Shown in pieces: positions 40,005 through 49,562 of a stretch of 64,000 bases of DNA; position 1 is the first letter of the stretch, and each line of letters starts with the position of its first letter. Source of the DNA: Aestuariivirga sp. (GTDB taxonomy: Bacteria; Pseudomonadota; Alphaproteobacteria; Rhizobiales; Aestuariivirgaceae); the NCBI RefSeq assembly GCF_047600585.1, contig NZ_JASGKP010000001.1:3213823-3277822 (forward strand), given 5' to 3'. The notes below the pieces were generated by a model. It searched no databases and was not told where the DNA came from. It saw only the letters and a list, made by a program, of their open reading frames with translations. The translations under genes and the position numbers were made by a program.

Positions 40005-41339
40005 TCAGGAAGCCCCTCCGAACACCCGGTTCTCGATTGCGCCAAGCCTGCCCATGAAGGTGATGCCGCGGGCGATGAAGAAGATGTTGAGCGCGGCCCA
40101 AAGCCCGTGATTGCCGTAATGCGGCTCCAGCCACCACCACGCGCCCATGTAGACGGCGAGCGACAGCACCATCATGTTGCGCATCTCGCGGGTTGCCATG
40201 GCGCCGGTGAAGATGCCGTCGAGCTGGAAGCAGGCGGTACCGGCCACCGTCGCCAGCGCCGCCCAGCCGAGATAGTGCGAGGCCGTCTCGCGGACCTGCG
40301 GATCGACCGTCATCAGGGCCGCCAGCGGCTGGCCGAAGACGAGGATCACAAGCGCGCAGAGCACGCCCAGCACGCCTGCCCAGAGAGTGGTGAGGCCCAC
40401 GGCGCGGCGGAAGCGTTCACGCGCCCGGGCCCCGATGGCCTGCCCCACCAGCGCCTCGGCGGCATAGGCGAAGCCGTCGATCATGTAAGCCGAGACCTCG
40501 AAGAGGTTGAGCACCACGGCGTTCGTCGCAACGATGAGATCCCCCTGCTTCGCGCCCCGCGACACGAACCAGCCGAAGGCGAAAACGAGGCACAGCGTGC
40601 GGATCATGATGTCGCCGTTGGCGGTGATCAGCGCCATGAAGCGGTCGCGGCGGAAGATGTAGGCCCAGTCCGGCACCTGCTTCATCGCGGCAAGTCGGCG
40701 GAGGGCGAGAGCGAGGCCGAGCGCCATCGCCGCATACTCCGCCGTGACGACGGCGATGCCGACGCCCGCGGTGGCGAAGCCTGCACCCAGCACCAGCGCC
40801 GCACTCAGCCCCATGTTGGTGAGGTTGAGGAAGAGTTGCACGATGAAGGCTGTCGTTGAGCGGCCCTGTCCGATGAACCAGCCCATGATGGCGAAGTTGG
40901 TGAGGGCGGCAGGTGCGGCCCAGATGCGGTAGCTGAAATAGACCTGCGCCTCGGCCATGACCTTGTCGCTGCCGCCCACCAGCGAGACGGCGAGCGGCCC
41001 CAGCCACGGCCCCAGCGCCACGAGGCAGAGGCCGATGGCAAGGGCGAGGATCAGGCTGCGGAACAGCACCGTCACCAGTTCCGTCTTGTCATCCGCGCCC
41101 GTCGCCTGGGCCGAGAGGCCGCCGGTCGAGAGCCGCAGGAAGCCGAAGCCCCAGAACAGGAAGGCGAAGATCAGCGCCCCCACGGCGACGCCGCCGATAT
41201 AATGCGGCCCCGGCAGGCGGCCCATCACCGCCGTGTTGACCACGCCGATCAGCGGCTCCGACATGTTCGAAAGCACGATCGGTACGGCAATCCGCAGGAT
41301 CGCCGTGTGGGTGATGTTCTGGGTGGGAGCAAGGGCCAT
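40005..41339 (-). CDS. MATE family efflux transporter (DinF-like)
   Basis: IAVPIVLSNMSEPLIGVVNTAVMG, FGFLRLSTGG, IDGFAYAAEALVG, QLDGIFTG; start trimmed. Confidence 0.92.
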   Translation of the reverse strand: MALAPTQNITHTAILRIAVPIVLSNMSEPLIGVVNTAVMGRLPGPHYIGGVAVGALIFAFLFWGFGFLRLSTGGLSAQATGADDKTELVTVLFRSLILALAIGLCLVALGPWLGPLAVSLVGGSDKVMAEAQVYFSYRIWAAPAALTNFAIMGWFIGQGRSTTAFIVQLFLNLTNMGLSAALVLGAGFATAGVGIAVVTAEYAAMALGLALALRRLAAMKQVPDWAYIFRRDRFMALITANGDIMIRTLCLVFAFGWFVSRGAKQGDLIVATNAVVLNLFEVSAYMIDGFAYAAEALVGQAIGARARERFRRAVGLTTLWAGVLGVLCALVILVFGQPLAALMTVDPQVRETASHYLGWAALATVAGTACFQLDGIFTGAMATREMRNMMVLSLAVYMGAWWWLEPHYGNHGLWAALNIFFIARGITFMGRLGAIENRVFGGAS

Positions 41340-41388
41340 CGGCGACGGGTTGCGTGAGCGGCTTCCCTCCGTCAAGTTCCACTTTCCC

Positions 41389-43860
41389 ATGGCTGCCTTG
41401 CACCACAAGATCGAAGGCTGGTTTTCGTCCCGCGGATGGACGCCGCGGCCGCACCAGCTTGCCATGCTGGACCAGGGCCTCGCCGGCCACTCCGCTCTCC
41501 TCATCTCGCCCACGGGCGGCGGCAAGACGCTGGCGGGCTTCCTCACCACGCTGCAGGAACTGGCCGAACCGCACGAGACGGACGGCATCCACACCCTCTA
41601 CATCTCGCCCTTGAAGGCGCTCGCCGTCGATATCGCCCGCAACCTCGACGTGCCGGTGAAGGAGATGGGCCTCCCCGTCACCATCGAGACCCGCACCGGC
41701 GACACGCCGCAATCGCGGCGCACCCGCATCCGCACCCACCCGCCCGACATTCTCATCACCACGCCGGAACAGGTCTCGCTGATGGTGGCTGACCCGGCTG
41801 CGGCCCATCTTCTCCGCAATCTCCGCAGCATCATCATCGACGAGCTCCACGCCATCGTGACCTCGAAGCGGGGCGCGCTGCTCTCGCTCGCCCTCACGCG
41901 GGTGAGGAGCCATGCGCCAACGGTGCGCGTCTTCGGTCTCTCCGCCACCGTCGCCGATCCGGATGCCTTGCGCGCCTGGCTCGCGCCCGCGGGTACCACG
42001 CCTGTGCCGCTCATCACCGGGGCGCCCGGCGCACCGCCCGATCTCCACATCCTCGAGTCGGAGGAGCGCGTGCCGTGGTCGGGGCACTCCTCGCGCTATG
42101 CGGTCAAGGACATCTACGAGGCGGTGAAGCGCCACCGCATGAGCCTGATCTTCGTCAACACCCGCTCGCAGGCCGAGCTCCTCTTCAAGGAGCTCTGGGA
42201 CGTGAACGACGACACCCTGCCGATCGCGCTCCACCACGGCTCGCTCGATGTCACCCAGCGCCGCAAGGTGGAGGCGGCCATGGCGGCGAACAGCCTCAAG
42301 GCCGTCGTCGCCACCTCCACCCTCGATCTCGGCATCGACTGGGGCGACGTCGATCTCGTGGTGCAGGTGGGGGCGCCCAAAGGCTCAAGCCGCATGCTGC
42401 AGCGCATCGGCCGCGCCAACCACCGCCTCGATGAGCCGAGCAAGGCGCTGCTCGTTCCCTCCAACCGCTTCGAGGTGCTGGAATGCGAGGCCGCGGTAGA
42501 AGCCGTGCGCGAGAACGCCCAGGACACCGAATACCCCATGGTGCTGAAGCTCGACGTGCTGGCCCAGCACATCATGGGCCGGGCCGTGGCGGGCCCCTTC
42601 GATGCGGATGCTCTCTTCGCCGAGGTCACCAGCGCCTTCACCTACCGCAACCTTTCCCGTGCCCTCTTCGACCAGACGCTCGATTACGTCGCAACCGGCG
42701 GCTATGCCCTCAAATCCTACGAGCGCTATGCCAAGCTCCGCCGCGAGCCCAATGGCCTGTGGCGGCTCTCGCATCCGCGCCTCGGCCAGCAATACCGCCT
42801 CAACGTCGGCACCATCGTCGAGGACGAAATGATCAAGGTGAGGATCGCCAAGATCCGCACCGTGATGGGGAAGCGCGTGGCAACCGGCGGCTTCGTGCTG
42901 GGTGAATTGGAGGAGTGGTTCATCGCCCAGCTTGCGGTGGGCGATACCTATCTTTTCGCGGGCCAGGTGCTGCGCCACGAGGGGATTGACGAGTTCGGTG
43001 CACTTGCGACCCGCGCACCCGGCCGCGAGCCCCGCATTCCCAGCTATCAGGGTGGGAAGTTCCCGCTCTCCACCTTCCTCGCCTCGCGGGTGCGGCGCAT
43101 CCTCTCCGATCCCTCCCACTGGGGATCTCTGCCGCCGCAAGTGCGTGACTGGCTCTCGACCCAGCGCTGGGCGAGCGTGCTGCCGGCCGAGAACCAGATG
43201 CTGGTGGAGACCTTCCCGCGCGCCGACAAGTTCTACATGGTCTGCTATCCCTTCGAAGGCCGCCTTGCCCAGCAGACGCTTGGCATGCTGCTCACCCGCC
43301 GCCTCGAACGCTGGGGGGCGCGGCCCTTGGGATTCGTCGCTTCGGAATATGCCCTCGTGGTCTGGGGGGTGCGCGACATGGGCGAGATGATCGCGCAAGG
43401 GAAGCTGTCGCTTGCACGCCTCTTCGACGAGGACATGCTGGGCGACGACCTTGAGGCCTGGCTCGCCGAATCCAACCTGATGAAGCGCACCTTCCGCAAT
43501 GTCGCCATCATCGCAGGGCTGATCGAGCGCCGCATTCCCGGCAAGGAGAAGACCACCCGCCAGATGACCGTGAACACCGACCTCATCTACGATGCGCTGC
43601 GCTCGCACCAGCCCGACCACGTGCTGCTCCGCGCCGCCTGGGACGATGCCGCCGAAGGCCTGATCGACATCCACCGTCTCGGCCAGTTGCTCAAGCGCAT
43701 CAAGAACCAGATCCTGCACCGCGACCTCGAGCGCGTCTCGCCGCTTGCCGTTCCGGTGCTGCTTGAGATCGGACGCGAATCGATTCAAGGCAGTGCGGAT
43801 GATGCCCTTCTCGCCGAAGCTGCCGAGCAACTCATGGATGAGGCCCAGCGGCTTGTCTAA
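41389..43860 (+). CDS. Ligase-associated DNA damage response DEXH-box helicase (Lhr-core)
   Basis: SPTGGGKT, YISPLKALA, IIDELH, LSAT, HHGSL, ATSTLDLGIDWG, QRIGRANH. Confidence 0.94.
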   Translation: MAALHHKIEGWFSSRGWTPRPHQLAMLDQGLAGHSALLISPTGGGKTLAGFLTTLQELAEPHETDGIHTLYISPLKALAVDIARNLDVPVKEMGLPVTIETRTGDTPQSRRTRIRTHPPDILITTPEQVSLMVADPAAAHLLRNLRSIIIDELHAIVTSKRGALLSLALTRVRSHAPTVRVFGLSATVADPDALRAWLAPAGTTPVPLITGAPGAPPDLHILESEERVPWSGHSSRYAVKDIYEAVKRHRMSLIFVNTRSQAELLFKELWDVNDDTLPIALHHGSLDVTQRRKVEAAMAANSLKAVVATSTLDLGIDWGDVDLVVQVGAPKGSSRMLQRIGRANHRLDEPSKALLVPSNRFEVLECEAAVEAVRENAQDTEYPMVLKLDVLAQHIMGRAVAGPFDADALFAEVTSAFTYRNLSRALFDQTLDYVATGGYALKSYERYAKLRREPNGLWRLSHPRLGQQYRLNVGTIVEDEMIKVRIAKIRTVMGKRVATGGFVLGELEEWFIAQLAVGDTYLFAGQVLRHEGIDEFGALATRAPGREPRIPSYQGGKFPLSTFLASRVRRILSDPSHWGSLPPQVRDWLSTQRWASVLPAENQMLVETFPRADKFYMVCYPFEGRLAQQTLGMLLTRRLERWGARPLGFVASEYALVVWGVRDMGEMIAQGKLSLARLFDEDMLGDDLEAWLAESNLMKRTFRNVAIIAGLIERRIPGKEKTTRQMTVNTDLIYDALRSHQPDHVLLRAAWDDAAEGLIDIHRLGQLLKRIKNQILHRDLERVSPLAVPVLLEIGRESIQGSADDALLAEAAEQLMDEAQRLV

Positions 43861-44533
43861 GCTCAACCCCATCAGCCTCGCCGGGCTCAGCTTCCTGCCG
43901 CATCTTTCAGGTGCGCTCTATGCCCCTGATCTTGCAGCTCTTCTTGTGGCCGACCTGCATCTTGAACAGGGCGCTGCCCTGGCCCGCCGCGGCATTTCCG
44001 TGCCGCCCTTCGATACCGGGCTCACGCTCGCTGCCCTTGAAGCGGTGGTGGCGGAGACAGCGCCACGCAGCATCTATCTCCTCGGCGACAGCTTCCATGA
44101 TGCCAAAGGTCACAGCCTTCTTGATGAGGGTGTGCTCACGCGCCTCGCCCGCCTCTTCGCGGCACGCGAGACGATCTGGATCACCGGCAATCACGATCCC
44201 GATCCAAAACAAAATCTCGGCGGCGTGCATGTCTCCGAAGCGCGGCTTGGTCCGATCACGCTGCGCCATATTCCCTCGGCGCGGCTGAAGACGCCGGAGA
44301 TCGCCGGCCACCTTCATCCCGGTGCGGGCATCGCCCAGCGCGGCCGCCTGGTGCGCGGCAAGTGCTTCGTGGCCGATACGCGCCGCATCATCCTCCCGGC
44401 CTTCGGCGCCTACACGGGTGCGATCAGCGTGCGGGGGCAGGCCTTCGACGGCCTCCTCGAAACGGAACGGGCCAGCGTCTATCTGCTGGCCCGCGAGAAG
44501 ATGTACCGTTTTCCCTTCGCCCGCGTCTCCTGA
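43838..44533 (+). CDS. pdeM: Ligase-associated DNA damage response endonuclease (metallophosphoesterase) PdeM
   Basis: VADLHLE, LGDSFHD, GNHD, LRH, AGHLHP, LPAFGAYTG; follows Lhr. Confidence 0.9.
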   Translation: MRPSGLSKLNPISLAGLSFLPHLSGALYAPDLAALLVADLHLEQGAALARRGISVPPFDTGLTLAALEAVVAETAPRSIYLLGDSFHDAKGHSLLDEGVLTRLARLFAARETIWITGNHDPDPKQNLGGVHVSEARLGPITLRHIPSARLKTPEIAGHLHPGAGIAQRGRLVRGKCFVADTRRIILPAFGAYTGAISVRGQAFDGLLETERASVYLLAREKMYRFPFARVS

Positions 44534-44551
44534 CGCGCGCGTGAAACTCTC

Positions 44552-47500
44552 TTAGCCGCCCACGCTCATCTGGACGTTCCAGTCCTGCTTGCTGATCGCC
44601 ACCACATTGGCGGCGTCCGGCGCCTTGTCGGGGATCCACGAGGAAAGACGCGTCTTGGCCGCGAGCATTTCGGTGGGCGTCAGGTCCTTGGCGAGCTTCT
44701 GGGCGCGGGCCTTGGCGTCATCGTCGTTCTGCTGGGCCGCGACCGAATACCAGAACCAGGCATCGGCCTTGTTGGCTTCGGTGCCGAGACCGCGCTCGAG
44801 GAGAACCGCGAGGTTGAACTGGCTGTCCTTCAGGCCATGTGATGCGGCAAGCGAGAACCACTTGAAGGCGCGCTTGTAGTCCGGCTGGCCGGCAGAACCG
44901 TTGGAGGCGATCACGGCGGCATTGTGCATCGACTTGATGTTGCCGGCGCTGGCCGAACGCTCGTACCAGCCGAGAGCCGCCTTGAGGTCCTTGGCGACGC
45001 CGCGGCCACGCTCATACATGGTGGCGAGGCGGTACTGCGCCGGGGCCGAGCCCTGGGCTGCGGCCTTGCCGTACCAGTAGGCGGCCTTCTCGTAATCCTG
45101 CTGCACCTTCTCGCCATTGAGATAGCGGGTGGCGATCACGAACTGCGCATTGGGGTCACCGAGCGAAGCGGCTTCGCGGAGCGCCATGGTGCCCACTTCG
45201 GCGGGCGGAAGATTCTCAGGTGCAGCGGCTTCGCCTGCAACCAGCGCCGAGATGGGTGCCGTTGCGATGCCTTGCGGCAGCGAGCCCGTGAGGATGGGAT
45301 CGGCGTCGCCCGTGTCGAGGGCACCGCTTTCGACGGGTGCCACCTTGGCCGGAGCGGCGGGCGCAGGGGCCGGCGCCGGGGCCTGGGCCGGAACCGGCGT
45401 GACGGCGTTGTTCGACTGGTTGAGCGGCTGCTCGATGGCGGCGGGGGCAACCGGTGGCTTCACCTTGTGGCTGCGGCCCACCATGTTGAAGGTGAAGGCG
45501 GAGACCGCGGCGAGGAGCACGAGGCCCATCAGCAGCAGCTTGCGGCGCTTGTTCTCGGTGTTGCTGTTGGCGGCCTTGAAGCCGGGCGGCGGCTTGATCT
45601 CGCCGCTGAGGCCGATGCCCACGGGCTTGGCTTCGGGCTTGGCCTTCTTCTTGAAGAAGCCGAGGTTGAGGAGCTTCCGCGAGCTTTCCTCGCTCATCTT
45701 CGCTGCACCGGGGGAGATGCCGCTCAGCAGCGACTTCTGCTGCGAGGCGGCCTGTGCGGCGCGGCGGGCGGCGGCGATGTAGTCGTCACCAGCCCCGTCG
45801 GTCTCGGGGGCCGGAGCCGCCGCGAAGGGGCTGGTGTTTGCAGGGGACTCGAAGGGATTGAGGGACGGCGCTTCGGCGAGGCCCTGAGGCGCAGGCTGGA
45901 TCGGCGCCATGTGGCTTTCCACCGGCGGCTGGTGGCCGGGGTGGATGTCGGCGAAGGGATTGGAGGCCACGTCGGCAGCACTGCCCGGCAGCGGCATGTG
46001 GGCCTCGGGTTCCGCCATGGGCGGCTGCATGTAGACCTGCGGAGCCGCAGCCTCGGCGATGCGCTGCCCGATGGTTGCGGTTTCCAGTTCGGCCAGTTTG
46101 CTGACGATCTGTTCGAGCGTGTCGTGGACCGCTTCCAGGGTTTCCTGGTTGCGCTGGTCGGCGCTCTCGGCGGCGGTGCGTACGGCGGTGAGGCCGCTCT
46201 CCAGCGCCTGGATCTCGGGCGATCCTGCAAGGGTCACCTGCTGCGGGCCAGCCGACATGAACTGCTGCGCCATGCGGTTGGCAGCACCCTCGGCCACCTC
46301 TTCCGTCCACTTGCGCTGCTGCTCCATCGTATCGAAGAGCTGGTTCACGGCGCGCTCGATCGTCTCGAGCGAACCCAGCTGCTGCTCGGTGCGGCTCAGG
46401 CGCTCCGAGACTTCGGCGAGACGTTCCTCGATTTCGGCGGAGTGATCGGCGCCGCGATTGGCAATCGCTTCGCTGAACTTGTAGTCGAGTTCGGCGATGC
46501 GGCTTTCCAGTTCGGCGAACTGCGGCATCGACCGGGTTGCGGCCTGCGTCTGTTCGAGGCGCTGGGTGATGTCGAGGATGCGGCGGTCCATTTCCGCCAG
46601 CGGGCGGAGATCGGGGCCCTGCGCCACGCGGGTCGACAGCTGTTCAACGGCGTTGCGGAGTTCCAGCACTTCAGGTCCGGGCGTCGAGCGCGTGTTGGCT
46701 TCGTCGATGCGGCGGTTGAGGCGCTCGATCTCGTGGCGCATGCGCTGGATTTCAGCGGGACCGGCAGAGTGGCTGGAGAGCGAGGTCTGGGCTTCCTTGA
46801 GGAGGCCGAGGATGCGGTTCTCGATCGCCCGCAGTTCCTGCTGGCTGGCCTGCACGGCCTGGGTCTGCGCCTTGGACGCAAGATGCTCGGAGTTCTCGCG
46901 CACCTGGTCGATGCGCTTGGCGAGATCGGTAATCTCACGGCGCAGGAGATCGGAGAGCGTCTGGTGCGAGGTCGAGTTCTCGCTGCGGTCAAGGCGCTTG
47001 GCGAGATCGGCAATGCGCGATTCAAGTGCTGTCAGGGCAGGCGCCTGGCGGGCGAAGTGATCGTCCTGCGAGGACTGCGCCTTGCTGCCCAGTTGCGCGA
47101 TGCGTTCCTGCAGGGTGCGGAAGGTTTCGCGGTTGCGCTTCTCGCTCGTCTCCATGTGCTCGACGATGCCGCGCACCGCCTTCTCCATGGCCTGGAAGCT
47201 CTGCGATTCCTCGACGCGGCCCTGCGGGCGCGGCGCGTTCAGCTGGCGGCTGAGGCCGGCGAGACGTTCGTTGACCGAGGTGAGCGCTTCGACGGTGTTG
47301 CGTTCATTGTGCTCGACGCGCTGGAGGATGCGCTGGACCACGGCGTCATCGGCCTTCGGTGCGGCAACACGCGAAGCCGTGGACTGTTCGCCAAGCGACA
47401 GGCGGGCAAGCTTTTCGGCGATGTCTTCAAGGCGCTCGGCGGCGCGGTCGATGGAGCTGCCGGAGGACGCGCCGGAACGGGCACGGAGACGCGGGGCCGC

Positions 47501-47671
47501 AGCCTCGGCCTCGGTGTCGCCCGCTTCACGGCCGTCGGCCTGTTCCTTGATGGTGCTGTTGAGCCACTCGCCCAGTGTCATCCCCGAACGGCGTGCGGCC
47601 TGCTTGGCAGCCTCGCGCGCATCCGGTTCAATCCCCTTCACACTCCACGGCAATCCTGGCTTCATCGCCAC
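44552..47671 (-). CDS. podJ: PodJ-like polar localisation factor (coiled coils, TM helix, Sel1 repeats)
   Basis: N-terminal PWSVKGIEPDAREAAKQAARRSGMTLGEWLN, long coiled coil, DYIAAARRAAQ, TM helix, 3-4 Sel1 repeats. Confidence 0.88.
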   Translation of the reverse strand: MAMKPGLPWSVKGIEPDAREAAKQAARRSGMTLGEWLNSTIKEQADGREAGDTEAEAAAPRLRARSGASSGSSIDRAAERLEDIAEKLARLSLGEQSTASRVAAPKADDAVVQRILQRVEHNERNTVEALTSVNERLAGLSRQLNAPRPQGRVEESQSFQAMEKAVRGIVEHMETSEKRNRETFRTLQERIAQLGSKAQSSQDDHFARQAPALTALESRIADLAKRLDRSENSTSHQTLSDLLRREITDLAKRIDQVRENSEHLASKAQTQAVQASQQELRAIENRILGLLKEAQTSLSSHSAGPAEIQRMRHEIERLNRRIDEANTRSTPGPEVLELRNAVEQLSTRVAQGPDLRPLAEMDRRILDITQRLEQTQAATRSMPQFAELESRIAELDYKFSEAIANRGADHSAEIEERLAEVSERLSRTEQQLGSLETIERAVNQLFDTMEQQRKWTEEVAEGAANRMAQQFMSAGPQQVTLAGSPEIQALESGLTAVRTAAESADQRNQETLEAVHDTLEQIVSKLAELETATIGQRIAEAAAPQVYMQPPMAEPEAHMPLPGSAADVASNPFADIHPGHQPPVESHMAPIQPAPQGLAEAPSLNPFESPANTSPFAAAPAPETDGAGDDYIAAARRAAQAASQQKSLLSGISPGAAKMSEESSRKLLNLGFFKKKAKPEAKPVGIGLSGEIKPPPGFKAANSNTENKRRKLLLMGLVLLAAVSAFTFNMVGRSHKVKPPVAPAAIEQPLNQSNNAVTPVPAQAPAPAPAPAAPAKVAPVESGALDTGDADPILTGSLPQGIATAPISALVAGEAAAPENLPPAEVGTMALREAASLGDPNAQFVIATRYLNGEKVQQDYEKAAYWYGKAAAQGSAPAQYRLATMYERGRGVAKDLKAALGWYERSASAGNIKSMHNAAVIASNGSAGQPDYKRAFKWFSLAASHGLKDSQFNLAVLLERGLGTEANKADAWFWYSVAAQQNDDDAKARAQKLAKDLTPTEMLAAKTRLSSWIPDKAPDAANVVAISKQDWNVQMSVGG

Positions 47672-47741
47672 TCACTCCGACCCTGACCGGGGGCAATCCA
47701 GAATCAGTCCGGACACACATCCACCCCAGTGTTCTGATGGC

Positions 47742-47774
47742 GAAAGTTAACTTTCTTGGTAAATATTACGTTAA
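47742..47774. promoter_or_regulatory. Possible CtrA site(s) upstream of podJ
   Basis: Minus strand TTAA-CGTAATA-TTTACC (one mismatch to TTAA-N7-TTAAC), next to palindrome GAAAGTTAACTTTC. Confidence 0.5.
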
Positions 47775-47838
47775 GCGTTTGATCTTTTTTGCCGATTGGA
47801 CATCAAAACAACCCGTTGACGAGGACTATTGCCCCTCC

Positions 47839-48699
47839 ATGCCCGCCTCCATGCCCGCCTATGTGACATCGCCCCTGAACCGCAATCACGACGTGCGGAC
47901 CGTTCCGGAGGAGCTTGCCGCCCTCCGCAGGCGGGCCGATTGCGTGCTCATCCGGGTGCGCGGCGACCAGGTGGAAACGGACGGCGACCTGCCCCGCAGG
48001 CTTCAGGCGGAACCGCAGCCGGACGAAATTTTTCTCGGCCTCGATCCCGCCGGCGCGCCGTGGTTCGTGGCGCCCGCACCCGAGACGGCACAGCTTTCGC
48101 CACTCCGCGGCATGATGCTGGCGGGCGTGGTCGACCACGGCACGCTCTCGATCCTCGCCCAGGCGCGGAGCCTCGTGCACTGGCACGAGCGCCATGGCTT
48201 CTGTGCCAACTGCGGCAGCAAGACCGCCATGCATGATGCCGGCTACCGCCGCACCTGTGCGGCCTGCAACGCCGAGCATTTTCCCCGCACCGACCCCGTC
48301 GTCATCATCGCCGTCACCCACGGAGAACAGGTGCTGCTCGGACGCCAGGCGGCGTGGGCGCAGGGCATGTATTCGGCGCTCGCCGGTTTCGTCGAACCGG
48401 GAGAGACCATCGAGCAGGCAGCCCGGCGCGAGGTCTTCGAGGAATCAGGGATCGAGGTGGGCGCCATCCGCTATATCGCGAGTCAGCCCTGGCCCTTCCC
48501 GTCATCGCTGATGATCGGCCTGATCGGCGAGGCGGCGACCACGAAAGTCACCGTCGACACCAAGGAGATCGAGGATGCCCGCTGGTTCCCGCGCGCCGAA
48601 GTGCTGCAGATGCTGGCGCGCACCCACCCGCAAGGCTTCCACGCCTCGCACCCTTACGCGATTGCCCACACCCTGATCCGGGCGGCGGTTGAAGATTAG
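47839..48699 (+). CDS. nudC: NAD(+) diphosphatase NudC
   Basis: FCANCG...CAAC zinc ribbon, FPRTDPVVI, Nudix box GFVEPGETIEQAARREVFEESG, SQPWPFP. Confidence 0.95.
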   Translation: MPASMPAYVTSPLNRNHDVRTVPEELAALRRRADCVLIRVRGDQVETDGDLPRRLQAEPQPDEIFLGLDPAGAPWFVAPAPETAQLSPLRGMMLAGVVDHGTLSILAQARSLVHWHERHGFCANCGSKTAMHDAGYRRTCAACNAEHFPRTDPVVIIAVTHGEQVLLGRQAAWAQGMYSALAGFVEPGETIEQAARREVFEESGIEVGAIRYIASQPWPFPSSLMIGLIGEAATTKVTVDTKEIEDARWFPRAEVLQMLARTHPQGFHASHPYAIAHTLIRAAVED

Positions 48700-49562
48700 G
48701 CCGACTGTTCCGCCAGTTTCCGTGCGATTTCAGCGCGGTAGGGGCTGGCGGGATAGACGCCGAGGATGCGCATGTAAGACGAGAAGAAGGCCAGTTCCTC
48801 GAGAGCGAGGCGCACCGGGCGGTCCTGCGGATGGCCCTCGATCTCGGCGTAGAACTGGGTGGCGGCGAAGCGTCCCTCGAGCTGGTAGGATTCGAGCTTC
48901 GTCATGTTGACGCCGTTGGTGGCGAAGCCGCCCATCGCCTTGTAGAGGGCGGCAGGAACGTTCCGTACACGGAAGACAAAGCTGGTCATCACCGGGCCAG
49001 AGCCCTGCTCGGCGTCGCTGCGCTGGTTTGAGAGGATGACGAAGCGAGTGGTGTTGTGGGCCTCGTCCTCGATGTCGGCGCGGAGAATGTCGAGGCCATA
49101 GATCTCGCCTGCAAGGCGGGTGGCGATTGCACCCCTCGTCTTGTCCTTGATCTCCGAAAGCTCGCGCGCCGCACCGGCGGTGTCGACCGCGACCACCGCC
49201 TGCAAACCCATCTCGCGGATCACCTTGCGGCACTGGCCCAGTGCGTGGACATGGCTGTGCACGGTCTTGAGGTCGGTGGCCTTGGTGCCCTTCACCACCA
49301 GAAGCTGGTGATGCACCGGCAGGAAGTGTTCGCCCACGATCGAGAGCGAGGACGCGGGCAGCAGGTGATGGATGTCGGCGACGCGGCCCGCAACCGAGTT
49401 GTCGGTGGGGATCATGGCGAGCGCGGCAGTGCCGTCCTGCACGGCCTGGAAGGCGTCCTCGAAGGTACGGCAGGGCAAGGGCTCATGCTTGGGGCAGGCC
49501 TCCACGCAGGCGATGTGGGAATTGGCGCCGGGTTCGCCCTGATAGGCAATCTTGTCGGTCAT
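48696..49562 (-). CDS. pheA: Prephenate dehydratase
   Basis: YQGEPGANS, NSVAGRV, HNTTRF, LYKAMGGFATNGVNMTKLESY (ACT domain). Confidence 0.95.
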   Translation of the reverse strand: MTDKIAYQGEPGANSHIACVEACPKHEPLPCRTFEDAFQAVQDGTAALAMIPTDNSVAGRVADIHHLLPASSLSIVGEHFLPVHHQLLVVKGTKATDLKTVHSHVHALGQCRKVIREMGLQAVVAVDTAGAARELSEIKDKTRGAIATRLAGEIYGLDILRADIEDEAHNTTRFVILSNQRSDAEQGSGPVMTSFVFRVRNVPAALYKAMGGFATNGVNMTKLESYQLEGRFAATQFYAEIEGHPQDRPVRLALEELAFFSSYMRILGVYPASPYRAEIARKLAEQSA

